32,000 nucleotides of DNA from Candidatus Heimdallarchaeota archaeon (GCA_030149205.1 JASBSB010000006.1:510001-542000), one strand, 5' to 3'. Positions 8,826 to 18,127 are shown, numbered from the stretch's first letter. Notes: generated from the letters alone by a model not told the origin. Numbers and translations are program-made.

Positions 8826-10028
8826 TCAAATAAAAATATCTAAAGAATCATTATCTTTGGATTTTCTCTCGGTTTCTATTTTGTCAAATGCGCTTCGGAA
8901 GTCTTTCATGGTGATCTGCGTTCTTTTTTCTCGTATGGCAAACATTCCAGCTTCTATACACACATTTCGAATATCTGCTCCTGAATAATCTTTAGATTTT
9001 TTGACTAAATAATCTATGTTGATTTCCTCAGCCAGATTTAGTCCTCTCAGATGAACTGCAAAAATTTCTTTCCTTCCTTCCTCATCAGCTGCAGGTACCT
9101 CAATCAGTCTATCAAACCGTCCAGGTCTTAAGAGAGCAGTATCCAAGATATCAGGTCTGTTAGTAGCACCAATTACCTTTACATTTCCTCTGGATTCAAA
9201 TCCGTCCATACTTGATAATAATTGCATCAGAGTTCTTTGAACCTCTCTATCACCGCTTGTGGCAATTTCTAACCGTTTTGATCCGATAGCATCCATCTCA
9301 TCAATAAAGATTATTGAAGGTGAATTTTCAATCGCAAATTCGAATAGCTCTCTAACAAGTCTAGCACCTTCTCCAATAAACTTTTGCACGAGTTCAGAGG
9401 CTATAATTCTTATAAATTTCGCATTGGTCTCTCTTGCTACTGCCTTTGCTAACAGGGTTTTCCCTGTTCCAGGTGGCCCATGTAAAAGAATCCCTTTTGG
9501 GGGGGATATTCCAATCTCTTCAAATATCTCTGGGTGTTTTAAGGGAAGCTCAACAACTTCTTTTATTTCTTCAATTTGATTTTTCAGTCCACCAATATCT
9601 TCATAACTAATAGAAGGTTTGTTTTCAACCTCCATGGCCCTGACTGTTGGATCGTGAGATTGTGGTAATATTTCCACTATTGCGAATGACCTTTGATTTA
9701 AGCCTATACGAGTGTTAGGTTTGAGTTGATCCTCAGAGATCTTGCTACTTACATTAACCACTAGTTGAGGCCCTGTACTGGATTTAACAATTGCTCTATT
9801 ATCTCCAAGGTATTCTAAGATTACTCCTTCAAATAGGGGGGGTGCCCTTAAGCGTTCCAATTCACTTCTTATATTATTAACCTCTCTCTGTAACCTTAAC
9901 CTTTCTCCTTCAACAACTTGCTTCTCTTTCTCTAACCTCTTTGTTTGTCTCTCTAAGTGTCTTGTGTAACTTAATAGATATGAGGCATCTTGGGTTGGAA
10001 TTTCTACATCTTCTTCTTCGACAGGCAT
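8826..10028 (-). CDS. pan: Proteasome-activating nucleotidase
   Basis: N-terminal coiled coil ending LRAPPL, OB domain, [15 protein letters not shown], second region of homology [20 protein letters not shown]. Confidence 0.97.
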   Translation of the reverse strand: MPVEEEDVEIPTQDASYLLSYTRHLERQTKRLEKEKQVVEGERLRLQREVNNIRSELERLRAPPLFEGVILEYLGDNRAIVKSSTGPQLVVNVSSKISEDQLKPNTRIGLNQRSFAIVEILPQSHDPTVRAMEVENKPSISYEDIGGLKNQIEEIKEVVELPLKHPEIFEEIGISPPKGILLHGPPGTGKTLLAKAVARETNAKFIRIIASELVQKFIGEGARLVRELFEFAIENSPSIIFIDEMDAIGSKRLEIATSGDREVQRTLMQLLSSMDGFESRGNVKVIGATNRPDILDTALLRPGRFDRLIEVPAADEEGRKEIFAVHLRGLNLAEEINIDYLVKKSKDYSGADIRNVCIEAGMFAIREKRTQITMKDFRSAFDKIETERKSKDNDSLDIFI

Positions 10029-10187
10029 AAGTTCCCTATGATAAACTATAATGTTCCTTTTTAATATTTGTTTCCTTAGAGTAATTTACTCTTTGATTTT
10101 TACTGACAAGTATCGTTTTTTTTAGAGTCTGAGTGATAACTTCAACAATCGATTAGTTTTTAAGAGTCAACTTCCATATACAAAGTA

Positions 10188-10568
10188 ATGGAAACATTAG
10201 AACCTCAATTAGAACTCCCTTCTGTTACAGTAAGTGATGAAGCTGTAAAGCAGATTTTAGAAGTTGTTAAACAACAGGGTGGAAAGAAACTTTATTTGAG
10301 ATTGTTTATTCAACCAAATGGTGGAGGATTGTCATTTGGAATGGCATTAGATACCAAAAAGAATTCTGACGATCATTCTGAAATTCATGAAAGTGGAATT
10401 GAAGTAATAATCGATAGCCTATCATTCCCTTACCTAAAAGGTGCATCAGTTTCTTACACCGTGGGTGAGCAGACAGGTTTCTCAATTTCTAGCCCAAATG
10501 CTGAGCTTTTAGCTGCTGGTGGAGCCTCTTGTGGTTCCTGTAGTGGTGATGCTGGCTGCTGTGGTTGA
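10188..10568 (+). CDS. HesB/IscA family (A-type) Fe-S carrier-like protein
   Basis: VTVSDEAV...LRLF...GLSFGMALD...IIDSLSFPYLKGASV...GFSI.SPNA is the A-type carrier pattern. The tail is Cys-rich (CGSCSGDAGCCG). Confidence 0.85.
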   Translation: METLEPQLELPSVTVSDEAVKQILEVVKQQGGKKLYLRLFIQPNGGGLSFGMALDTKKNSDDHSEIHESGIEVIIDSLSFPYLKGASVSYTVGEQTGFSISSPNAELLAAGGASCGSCSGDAGCCG

Positions 10569-10644
10569 TAAGTAAGAATTAATCTTTTAAATGTAGCAAA
10601 TTAGCCTAGAAAATATAAATAGTCAAACTCAACAACTTATTCTT

Positions 10645-11019
10645 ATGAACCTTATGTTTAATAGTTCAGCAATATTAAAAGAAGAGGAAGATTATAAGAA
10701 ATTAAATTTAGCACCTGAACAAAGGGCGATAGTAGAACAGCTCGGAGCAGTTCTTAATAATTATCTTGAACTCTCAAAGTTAGCTACCCTTGGATTTATC
10801 TGGAAATCTATTCGTGACTGGCAGGTAAAATATTCCAGAAGTATATCTGAACTTTCGAATTCACCACCACAAGATAGACTTGCATCTGTTAAAGAGATGT
10901 CTGAGACACTTAAAATATATTTGATTAAAGTGTTGAGAAGAACAGAGGATGAAAACACGATAAAAAGAGCAGTAGATTCTATGTATAGGTTTTACTCGGC
11001 TCAGTTTTCTAAACGTTAA
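10645..11019 (+). CDS. Hypothetical helical protein (124 aa)
   Basis: ORF fills the gap between hesB and the proline dehydrogenase gene, with protein-like composition. No family recognised. Confidence 0.7.
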   Translation: MNLMFNSSAILKEEEDYKKLNLAPEQRAIVEQLGAVLNNYLELSKLATLGFIWKSIRDWQVKYSRSISELSNSPPQDRLASVKEMSETLKIYLIKVLRRTEDENTIKRAVDSMYRFYSAQFSKR

Positions 11020-11238
11020 ATGTTAATTTAAATAAGGGTAAACCTTCATCCTATAATCAAATTTTATAATTAACACCATCTTTAACAAAAATTTAAGACC
11101 TAAGTTCGATTGTTCTAGATAATTCTAAATCTATTTATTGAGCAAAAAAAAATAATATGGTTATTGATGAAAGATGAAATAAATGTATGTTGAATTAAAG
11201 TTAAGCTTAAGAGATTACGGATTATTTTAACTTGATTT

Positions 11239-12129
11239 ATGTTGAAAGATGCAATTATTAATCTAACACCTGGATTTATTGTTCGCTTTTTCGCTAAACC
11301 ATATATTGGAGGATATGGGATAGATAATGCAATACAAAAAGCTGAAGATTATTATAATGAAAATCACTTTTATAGCACTCTGGATTTATTAGGTGAGAGT
11401 GTGAACAATAGGGAAGCTGTTGAATTTACCATGGATGTTTATAAACAACTTATCGCTAAAACTAACAAAGTTGAGAAAGCTACTATATCAATAAAACCAA
11501 CTGCCTTTGGGTTAAATTTTGATCAACAGTTTGCGGAAGAACAAATTATGGACCTGGTTAACTTTGCTGATAAACACAATATCCCTGTAACTCTAGATAT
11601 GGAAGAATCTGAATTTGTGGATAAAACCCTTGAAATGTATAAAAAATTGTTGAAGAAGCATCCTAACATAGGGACTGTACTTCAATCAAGGTTATTTAGG
11701 ACTGATAAAGATATTGAAGAGATGAAAGGAATCAAGGGAAGATTTCGCTGTGTAATTGGAATATACAATGAACCTGCATCCATAGCGCTTACTAATAAAA
11801 AAGAAATGAAGGAAAAATTAATTCAGCAGGTGGGAAATTTATTGGAACAGGGACATTATGTAGAGGTTGGAACACATGACGAGTATTATGTTAAAAAGAT
11901 AGTTGACACTTATGGGGAGAAATACAAAGATCGTTTGGAATTTCAGTTCTTATTAGGAGTTCCTTTAGCGAAGTTACAGAAAGAATTAGTGGATAATGGT
12001 CATAAGGTGAGGTTGTACCTACCTTTTGTTATCAGGAAAAATGATGCCACAGCGTATTTAAAAAGAAGAATGAAAAACAATCCCCATATGATAATTTATG
12101 TTATCAAAAACCTATTTAAAATAAACTAG
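11239..12129 (+). CDS. Monofunctional proline dehydrogenase
   Basis: TLDLLGE, ISIKPT.FG, LDMEES, GTVLQSRL.R, GTHD, EFQFLLGV, YL.RR motifs. Confidence 0.93.
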   Translation: MLKDAIINLTPGFIVRFFAKPYIGGYGIDNAIQKAEDYYNENHFYSTLDLLGESVNNREAVEFTMDVYKQLIAKTNKVEKATISIKPTAFGLNFDQQFAEEQIMDLVNFADKHNIPVTLDMEESEFVDKTLEMYKKLLKKHPNIGTVLQSRLFRTDKDIEEMKGIKGRFRCVIGIYNEPASIALTNKKEMKEKLIQQVGNLLEQGHYVEVGTHDEYYVKKIVDTYGEKYKDRLEFQFLLGVPLAKLQKELVDNGHKVRLYLPFVIRKNDATAYLKRRMKNNPHMIIYVIKNLFKIN

Positions 12130-12611
12130 GCCAATTTCCACCAGCTATCTGACATATAATGAATATTCTTAACTACTTTTCCAGAATCCATTGCTTTCAT
12201 ATCCACTGAATCATAAAGTGCTATCCCCACAGCTAACGGAACTTCATTCAAATCTTCAACAACCACACAGAGTTTGTTTTCAAGTACATTTTCCTCAATT
12301 TTTGTAATACCGGGTCGCATTATATCTGCACCATTTGTTACAAATTTAATTGCTCCTCGATCTACGAAGACCCTAGGAATTCCTAAGTTTTCTTCCTTAA
12401 TGAAGTTTAAATGGGGAATTAGTCGTTCTTTGATTTTAATCAATCTGATTGAATCATTTATCTTATAATATTCTCCATCATCGGTTTGATTTAGCTCAAC
12501 CTTGTCTTTTTTGGTTAGATTCAAATCAAATGAAGAGGACACCTCTTCTTGAAATTGTCTGGATAATTCTTTTTTTAGTTTATTTGACAGCATTTGTACT
12601 TTTTGGGTCAA
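12126..12611 (-). CDS. PUA-domain RNA-binding protein (MCT-1/Tma20 family)
   Basis: LIPHL...VFVDRGAIKFVTNGADIMRPGI...PLAVG.AL...GKVVKNIHYMSD.WW. Confidence 0.92.
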   Translation of the reverse strand: MTQKVQMLSNKLKKELSRQFQEEVSSSFDLNLTKKDKVELNQTDDGEYYKINDSIRLIKIKERLIPHLNFIKEENLGIPRVFVDRGAIKFVTNGADIMRPGITKIEENVLENKLCVVVEDLNEVPLAVGIALYDSVDMKAMDSGKVVKNIHYMSDSWWKLA

Positions 12612-12809
12612 ATTAATCTATAATTCCTTAGAATCATAAAAAGCTTATTCTATGTAATTAAACTTAATTTGGGAATGAGATTTTGAAAATTGTTCATGTA
12701 AGGGCAAAATCATAGAGGGTTTGAAATTTGTTAAATTTAAGGGGCAAAAAGTTTGAAAGCCCATCAAAAATAAACGACTTTTTATAAAACCAGCTTATTA
12801 ATAGAAGTT

Positions 12810-13484
12810 GTGAGTCAGGCAGATAAGATCGAAGGTGTCGCTGCAACCAGAATGAAGCTATTAGAGCTACGTGGAAAGGCAAAATTAGCAGAGCATGGTC
12901 ACGATCTTTTGAAGGAAAAGATGGATGCGTTAATCATTGAATTTTACCAAATTTTGAGTGAAGTCAAATCTGCGCAAAGTGAAACCGCTGGTGTGTTAGA
13001 TGAGGCTCACAAAAAGCTAAAGTTAGCAAGTATACAATTAGGTAGGTCAGTTCTACGAAATTTAGGTAAGTTGGCTCCAGAAACTATTTCATTAGAAACG
13101 ACCACTCGAAACATTATGGGTGTTAAGGTCCCTAAGATAAAAGTTGTTGAGAGAAAACTAGAGCTACCATTCTATGACGCAGAAACCACCACATTAGAGT
13201 TTGATATTGCAGTTAACAGCTTTCGAGATTCTATAAGTTCGGTAGTAAAATTAGCTGAGAAGGTTGCTACTTTACAAAAACTTGCATATGACATAAATAG
13301 TACAAAAAGACGAGTCAACGCCTTACATCACATCATTATTCCTCGATTAAAAAATACTGCTAAATTTATAGAAATAACTCTTGAAGAAGATGACAGAGAA
13401 ACATTCAGCAGACTCAAGTTTATTAAAAAGAAAATTGAATCGGCAAAGGAGGAGAAGTTTGGAGGTATAGCAAATGAAGCCTGA
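12810..13484 (+). CDS. atpD: A/V-type ATP synthase subunit D
   Basis: GTG start. ATRMKL..L...A..GHDLLKEKMDAL, NIMGVKVP, TKRRVNAL..IIIP, LEEDDRETFSRLK. Confidence 0.95.
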   Translation: MSQADKIEGVAATRMKLLELRGKAKLAEHGHDLLKEKMDALIIEFYQILSEVKSAQSETAGVLDEAHKKLKLASIQLGRSVLRNLGKLAPETISLETTTRNIMGVKVPKIKVVERKLELPFYDAETTTLEFDIAVNSFRDSISSVVKLAEKVATLQKLAYDINSTKRRVNALHHIIIPRLKNTAKFIEITLEEDDRETFSRLKFIKKKIESAKEEKFGGIANEA

Positions 13485-13947
13485 ACTAAGTTTTAACAAT
13501 GTTGCAATAGGAAGATGGATGTTTAACTCAAACCTTCATTTTTTTGATTTAAATGTCTTCAACGAAGGTATTGGAGGGAATTTCATGTGGAAACAGATGA
13601 ATGTCAGAATACCTGGAATCGCAGTTATAACAGATTTTCAAAAAAGACAGAAATACAAGAGTCTATCTTTTGAAGATCAAGTAAAAATGAATGATTACAA
13701 CTTTTTTGTAACTTGGGAACAAATCCAGGGGGTAGTCTCTTATCGAGTAAATAAGGAATTTAAGATAAGAACCACAGATGAAATTATTACGATTTTGTTT
13801 AGATCTCCAGCAGAATTTGATTTGCTCCTTGATAGATTAAATAATCATATAAAAGAAAAGATATTCTCAAGAGATATTGAAAAAATGAAACAATCTGTTT
13901 TTGAAGGAATGGATAAAGTTCCAGAAGATCAACTTGCTTTTAGATAA
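13474..13947 (+). CDS. Hypothetical protein, possible PH-like fold
   Basis: Overlaps the atpD stop by 11 nt. Beta-rich core (FFVTWEQIQGV...FKIRT..IITILF) followed by a C-terminal helix, as in bacterial PH-like domains. Confidence 0.6.
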   Translation: MKPELSFNNVAIGRWMFNSNLHFFDLNVFNEGIGGNFMWKQMNVRIPGIAVITDFQKRQKYKSLSFEDQVKMNDYNFFVTWEQIQGVVSYRVNKEFKIRTTDEIITILFRSPAEFDLLLDRLNNHIKEKIFSRDIEKMKQSVFEGMDKVPEDQLAFR

Positions 13948-13948
13948 A

Positions 13949-14644
13949 ATGAACGATCAAACCCAATACCATCTCTTAGAAAAATGGATTGGCTATCTTT
14001 CAATTACTAACGGAGCTCAATTTGCTGGATTTCTCCTGATTTATCTATTTGTTATTGATGTGACAAAAGTTTACTTAATTAATTTCACTTCTACAGTACC
14101 TTGGTACTTATCAATCCTTTTGACTATAATTTTGCTGGTCGACTATATTGTAAGTATCTTCGTGATTTATCTTTTAGCAAAAAACACAGAGAAATACCAA
14201 TCGATTGTGAAAATTTTTGGTTTACTTTTTGCTCTTCTCTCACTCTATGCAAGAATAAATGTCATATTTTCTGTTTTATTTCCATATGTTACACAAATCG
14301 GATTTACATGGATATACACAATAGCTCCACTTTCAAGTGTTAGTTTCGGCATTATTTTGCTCATAATTTCATACACTAACCTTTCATTCACTAATAGAAG
14401 AGGTTTACTATTATTAGCTGTAATAAATCTTCTCTTCTCGATCCCTATGGCAATTTTCGGATTTTATAATTATGTAATTACCCCTTTAGACCTCCAATTG
14501 TGGAATCAAATAGTACTTGCATATGCATTCAAAGTGACACTTTTACCTTTGATTTCTGCTTTTGTTTTTGATTCTTGGAGTAGCTCAATTAAAAAATACC
14601 GAGAATACCTTAATGAACAGAATGTAGATTCAAATAAGGAATAG
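13949..14644 (+). CDS. Polytopic membrane protein (about 6 TM)
   Basis: The ORF track starts at 13901, but ATG 13949, 1 nt after the upstream stop, is the more likely start. Six long hydrophobic segments. Confidence 0.75.
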   Translation: MNDQTQYHLLEKWIGYLSITNGAQFAGFLLIYLFVIDVTKVYLINFTSTVPWYLSILLTIILLVDYIVSIFVIYLLAKNTEKYQSIVKIFGLLFALLSLYARINVIFSVLFPYVTQIGFTWIYTIAPLSSVSFGIILLIISYTNLSFTNRRGLLLLAVINLLFSIPMAIFGFYNYVITPLDLQLWNQIVLAYAFKVTLLPLISAFVFDSWSSSIKKYREYLNEQNVDSNKE

Positions 14645-14674
14645 TTTAAATTAAATAAGGTTGAAAATCAATTA

Positions 14675-15403
14675 ATGCCTTTTTACAATGATGAACGGTT
14701 GATCCCAACAGAGGATAATGAACATCCTCTGCTTAAACTAAAGGGAAAAGAAAGGAGAAAGTTTGCAATATACTCACTAACCGGTACCGTGTTGATCACA
14801 ATTCTGTTATATATCGTTCCACCATACTACGGTTTGGAGATGCTGACGACGCATACCAGTTATTTCTTTTTAGATATATTTGGATTTAAACCCAGGTATT
14901 TTACTTATGAAGATAAAATTCAAAATCTTGAGTTCATAGATGCAATATTTTACAATCTGTTTGACAACACAAGGGCAACATACCCAGCAATTGCCATAGA
15001 AAGTAAAAATCAGCTTCCAAATTATTATATGATTATAAGAGCTTGTACGGGCATGCAAGCTGGTGCATTACTTCTTGGATTGATTTGGATGACACCAGCT
15101 CATCTCCAAAACAAAATTAAAGCTTCATATACAGTATTAATTGCATTATTTATTGGAAATGCATTAAGAATTGCCTCTATGATAGCAATCGCAACAATTT
15201 TCACAAGTGATTTTGGGGTAGACCACAACATTGCATGGCATTATGCTCATGATTGGATGGGACAGCCAATTGGATTTTTTGGTACAATACTATTTACAAT
15301 CTTTATTGAAAAAAATGATGTAAGAATTCTTGATACAATTACCCTTTGGGTGGATGTCTTAATGCAGGACGTTTTAGGGAAACTTCCCCTATTAAAGAAC
15401 TAA
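14675..15403 (+). CDS. Exosortase/archaeosortase family protein
   Basis: Multi-TM protein with the catalytic Cys (IIRACTG), Arg (NALRI) and His (AHDW) in the family order. Confidence 0.85.
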   Translation: MPFYNDERLIPTEDNEHPLLKLKGKERRKFAIYSLTGTVLITILLYIVPPYYGLEMLTTHTSYFFLDIFGFKPRYFTYEDKIQNLEFIDAIFYNLFDNTRATYPAIAIESKNQLPNYYMIIRACTGMQAGALLLGLIWMTPAHLQNKIKASYTVLIALFIGNALRIASMIAIATIFTSDFGVDHNIAWHYAHDWMGQPIGFFGTILFTIFIEKNDVRILDTITLWVDVLMQDVLGKLPLLKN

Positions 15404-15445
15404 ATAATTCTTAGCAAAATTATCCTAAAAACTTGCATTTTCTAT

Positions 15446-15462
15446 CGAAATACTTTTTTAAA
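15446..15462 (+). promoter_or_regulatory. Putative BRE-TATA promoter of tRNA-Gln
   Basis: CGAAA-TAC-TTTTTTAAA, ending 44 nt upstream of the mature tRNA 5' end. Confidence 0.5.
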
Positions 15463-15506
15463 CTCATATTATCAGGAAATTAACTTGTAAGGTTATTACA
15501 AGATAT

Positions 15507-15612
15507 AGCCCCATGGTGTAGTGGCCAATCATGGTGGACTTTGAATATTTTCAAAAGTAATCCATCGACAAGGGTTCAAAATCATTTTCTGATGAAAATC
15601 CCTTTGGGGCTA
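15507..15612 (+). tRNA. tRNA-Gln(UUG) with two introns (15545-15559 at position 37/38; 15581-15598 at position 59/60); CCA not encoded
   Basis: Acceptor stem AGCCCCA/TGGGGCT, with the A1-U72 pair typical of archaeal tRNA-Gln. Anticodon stem GTGGA/TCCAT, anticodon TTG at 15541-15543, T-stem AAGGG/CCCTT. Removing the two inserts at bulge-helix-bulge cleavage points restores the 7-nt loops CTTTGAA and TTCAAAT. Confidence 0.93.
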
Positions 15613-17973
15613 TTATTCGTCTGACAGAGAAAAATAATCACTTAAATTACCAAAATTAAAATCATCAAAACCATATTTTTGTTTCAAGTTCAAAATTTGT
15701 TCCTTAATCATTTTAAGAGATATGCCAGGTAGTCTTTGAGAAGAGTTCTCATATAAGTTTCTTAGGAGGTTCCAGAATAGGTATTCATCAGATGCATTAA
15801 GGTTTTGCTTATTGTTTAATTTGTATAAAATATCAAGCATAAGTGCCGCCTCATTATATTTGTCATTCTTTACTGAGTTAATCACGTGAAGAAGCAATAC
15901 AAAAGATAATTCAAAATCGAATTGTTCACTCATCCAGGTTAATATCTGTGTGTTCTCAGTATACTTTACTCTCTCTTCATAGCTCTCCATAAGTTCTTTT
16001 GCTCGAACTTTGGCTAAAACTGCCCTTTCTTCGGATTTAAGTTCATTAAACCAAATATTGAAAAATTCTTGAAATTCATCTTCCAAGCTTAATTTTGAGG
16101 AATATTTTTTCTTGCGGATTGTCAGTAACAATATCTTAAGAGTGAAAATTTGTAATCTAAGAGCAGGTCGAATTGTTATATTTAAATGATGTGTGATCAA
16201 TCTTTCACATTCATCATATTCACCAGACCAAATTAATAGACGCAACTTTTTTAAGATATCTTCTTCCTGTTTTGAAAAAAGACCCCAAAAATCAATTGGA
16301 TTAACAGACTTGTAACCTGGATTGAGAACATATGAAGAGGATCCAACCATTAACTTTAGTTTATCTAAACCAAAAGGATTTAGTTGATGTGAGGTTTCAA
16401 GGATTTCTCTCACAGAATCTAAAGTTTTATTTTCAAGCTTTACTGTTTCAAACTTCTTCCCTTCGAAGACTCCCGGTTTTAAAAAGCTTTGTGCAATTGG
16501 GAAAAAATTATTTACTGGAACAAAGGTACTGGATAAAAATTTGAGTTTCTCGAGGTAGGAGTTTGCATGATTATTTTGATTTAGTAAAATATAAAAGAAG
16601 GCACGGTTTTCAAGCGTTAGTGCATGTAATAATTCAGTGGGAAATTCATGTTCTTTAAACTGTTTATTTATCTCATGATACACCTCTATTACAAATTGTA
16701 ATTTAATTTCCGAAATATTCCCTTCACTAACAGATTCTTTTATTATATAATGCTGTAATGTGTATCTCGCAACAATTTTGTTTGTTTCTGTTTTAAATAA
16801 TGGAAGAAGAAGTTCATCAAAATTTTGAAAATCAGAAAGCTCCTTGTGGGGTGATAAAATGATATTGATTAAGTCAAACAATTCACGAAGGTTTGAAAAT
16901 TCTCCTTCCCTATCTTCAAATAATGCTAAATATGACTTCTTTTCTGTTGGGTTATCAATTAAATAAAAAAATATATTCAATAAAAACATCCCTCTCTCCC
17001 AAAACTGGTGAATGCTACCCAACTTAAACGGGTTGAAAACCTTATTTTGTAAAAAATCAATTGCTTCACGGGATTTTGACTGAATGAACAATGAAGTGAT
17101 ATAAATTGGAACAAAAGCTTCTAGATAAGCTGAGGCAAAATCATTTTCTTCAAGAACCCGAAGTACCTCATTATCTCCGTCTGTGTACTGCTTTAGAAGA
17201 TAAAGAGCAAAACAATAATTATATCGAACACGAAGCTGATCTACCTCACTTCCACCATATCTGTCATAATATGAGATTAAAGCCTGCGTAGTTTTAAGGT
17301 AATTAGTGTATTCCCCAAGATCATAATATGCCTTGCTTAAAAGAAACAGGGAAAGTAAAACAAGTTTTGGGTCATTTACTTCCCTCGCATATTCTAAACC
17401 TTGGTCACAAATTGATATTAAAGACAGAGTATTCGAAGTTACTATGAAATATTCTCCCAGGAACGTAAAATAATTCTTCAAATTATATAAAACAGGAATG
17501 GTAAAGGGGCCTTCTTCTATAATTGAAGCATACTTTTGACTATTTTTAATAAGTAATCCTTTAAACTCTGAGTCGTTATACAAAACTGTCATTTTTTTGT
17601 CCAAAATTGGTATAGCAATGTTTGGTTTGGGCTCAGAGTACACCCACGACATTGCCCATATCCATAACAACAAGAAATTTAGCTCAAATAGCTCTGATTT
17701 TTCTCTGGTAACTTGAATTGATTTGAAGATAGATTCGTATGATCTTTGAACTTTTGATTTGATCCCTTCATTTAAAGTTGTAAGTTCGTTCAAGGCACTG
17801 TTGATTGAAGTTAAAACCACTATCAATTCAAATTCCTTTTTAGCTAATGGAAAATCTAAATCCAGAAAATTAATTGGTGACTCGATGTTCTCTCCGATTA
17901 AATCAATCAAATGTTCATCTATAAATTTGATAAAATTATTTGAATGAAAAATTTCTTTAGTGTTTATCCTCAA
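15613..17973 (-). CDS. Large alpha-helical (TPR-like) hypothetical protein, 786 aa
   Basis: TTG start. Helix-repeat patterns (LFLLSKAYYDLGEY; YNYCFALYLLKQY; SGEYDECERLI). Very AT-rich. The stop codon directly abuts the tRNA discriminator base. Confidence 0.8.
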   Translation of the reverse strand: MRINTKEIFHSNNFIKFIDEHLIDLIGENIESPINFLDLDFPLAKKEFELIVVLTSINSALNELTTLNEGIKSKVQRSYESIFKSIQVTREKSELFELNFLLLWIWAMSWVYSEPKPNIAIPILDKKMTVLYNDSEFKGLLIKNSQKYASIIEEGPFTIPVLYNLKNYFTFLGEYFIVTSNTLSLISICDQGLEYAREVNDPKLVLLSLFLLSKAYYDLGEYTNYLKTTQALISYYDRYGGSEVDQLRVRYNYCFALYLLKQYTDGDNEVLRVLEENDFASAYLEAFVPIYITSLFIQSKSREAIDFLQNKVFNPFKLGSIHQFWERGMFLLNIFFYLIDNPTEKKSYLALFEDREGEFSNLRELFDLINIILSPHKELSDFQNFDELLLPLFKTETNKIVARYTLQHYIIKESVSEGNISEIKLQFVIEVYHEINKQFKEHEFPTELLHALTLENRAFFYILLNQNNHANSYLEKLKFLSSTFVPVNNFFPIAQSFLKPGVFEGKKFETVKLENKTLDSVREILETSHQLNPFGLDKLKLMVGSSSYVLNPGYKSVNPIDFWGLFSKQEEDILKKLRLLIWSGEYDECERLITHHLNITIRPALRLQIFTLKILLLTIRKKKYSSKLSLEDEFQEFFNIWFNELKSEERAVLAKVRAKELMESYEERVKYTENTQILTWMSEQFDFELSFVLLLHVINSVKNDKYNEAALMLDILYKLNNKQNLNASDEYLFWNLLRNLYENSSQRLPGISLKMIKEQILNLKQKYGFDDFNFGNLSDYFSLSDE

Positions 17974-18127
17974 AGGTTCCCTATTATTATATATTCTTTT
18001 TATTTTTAAGGATTGACAAATGTACTGTAAACGAATTTAGATTTAAGTGTACATAATTACCTGCTGAATAGTCTTTCTGTTGGAATAAAGGTATAAAGCT
18101 TAATAATTCAATCAGGAATTGATTCAT

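Noticed and set aside
10566-10571. TGA at the end of the Cys-rich HesB tail as a possible selenocysteine codon
   Set aside because: It is immediately followed by TAA and no SECIS-like element was seen; most simply a tandem stop.
12699-12760. GTTTGAAA(G) repeats resembling CRISPR repeat ends
   Set aside because: Only two imperfect copies, no regular spacer length and no cas genes.
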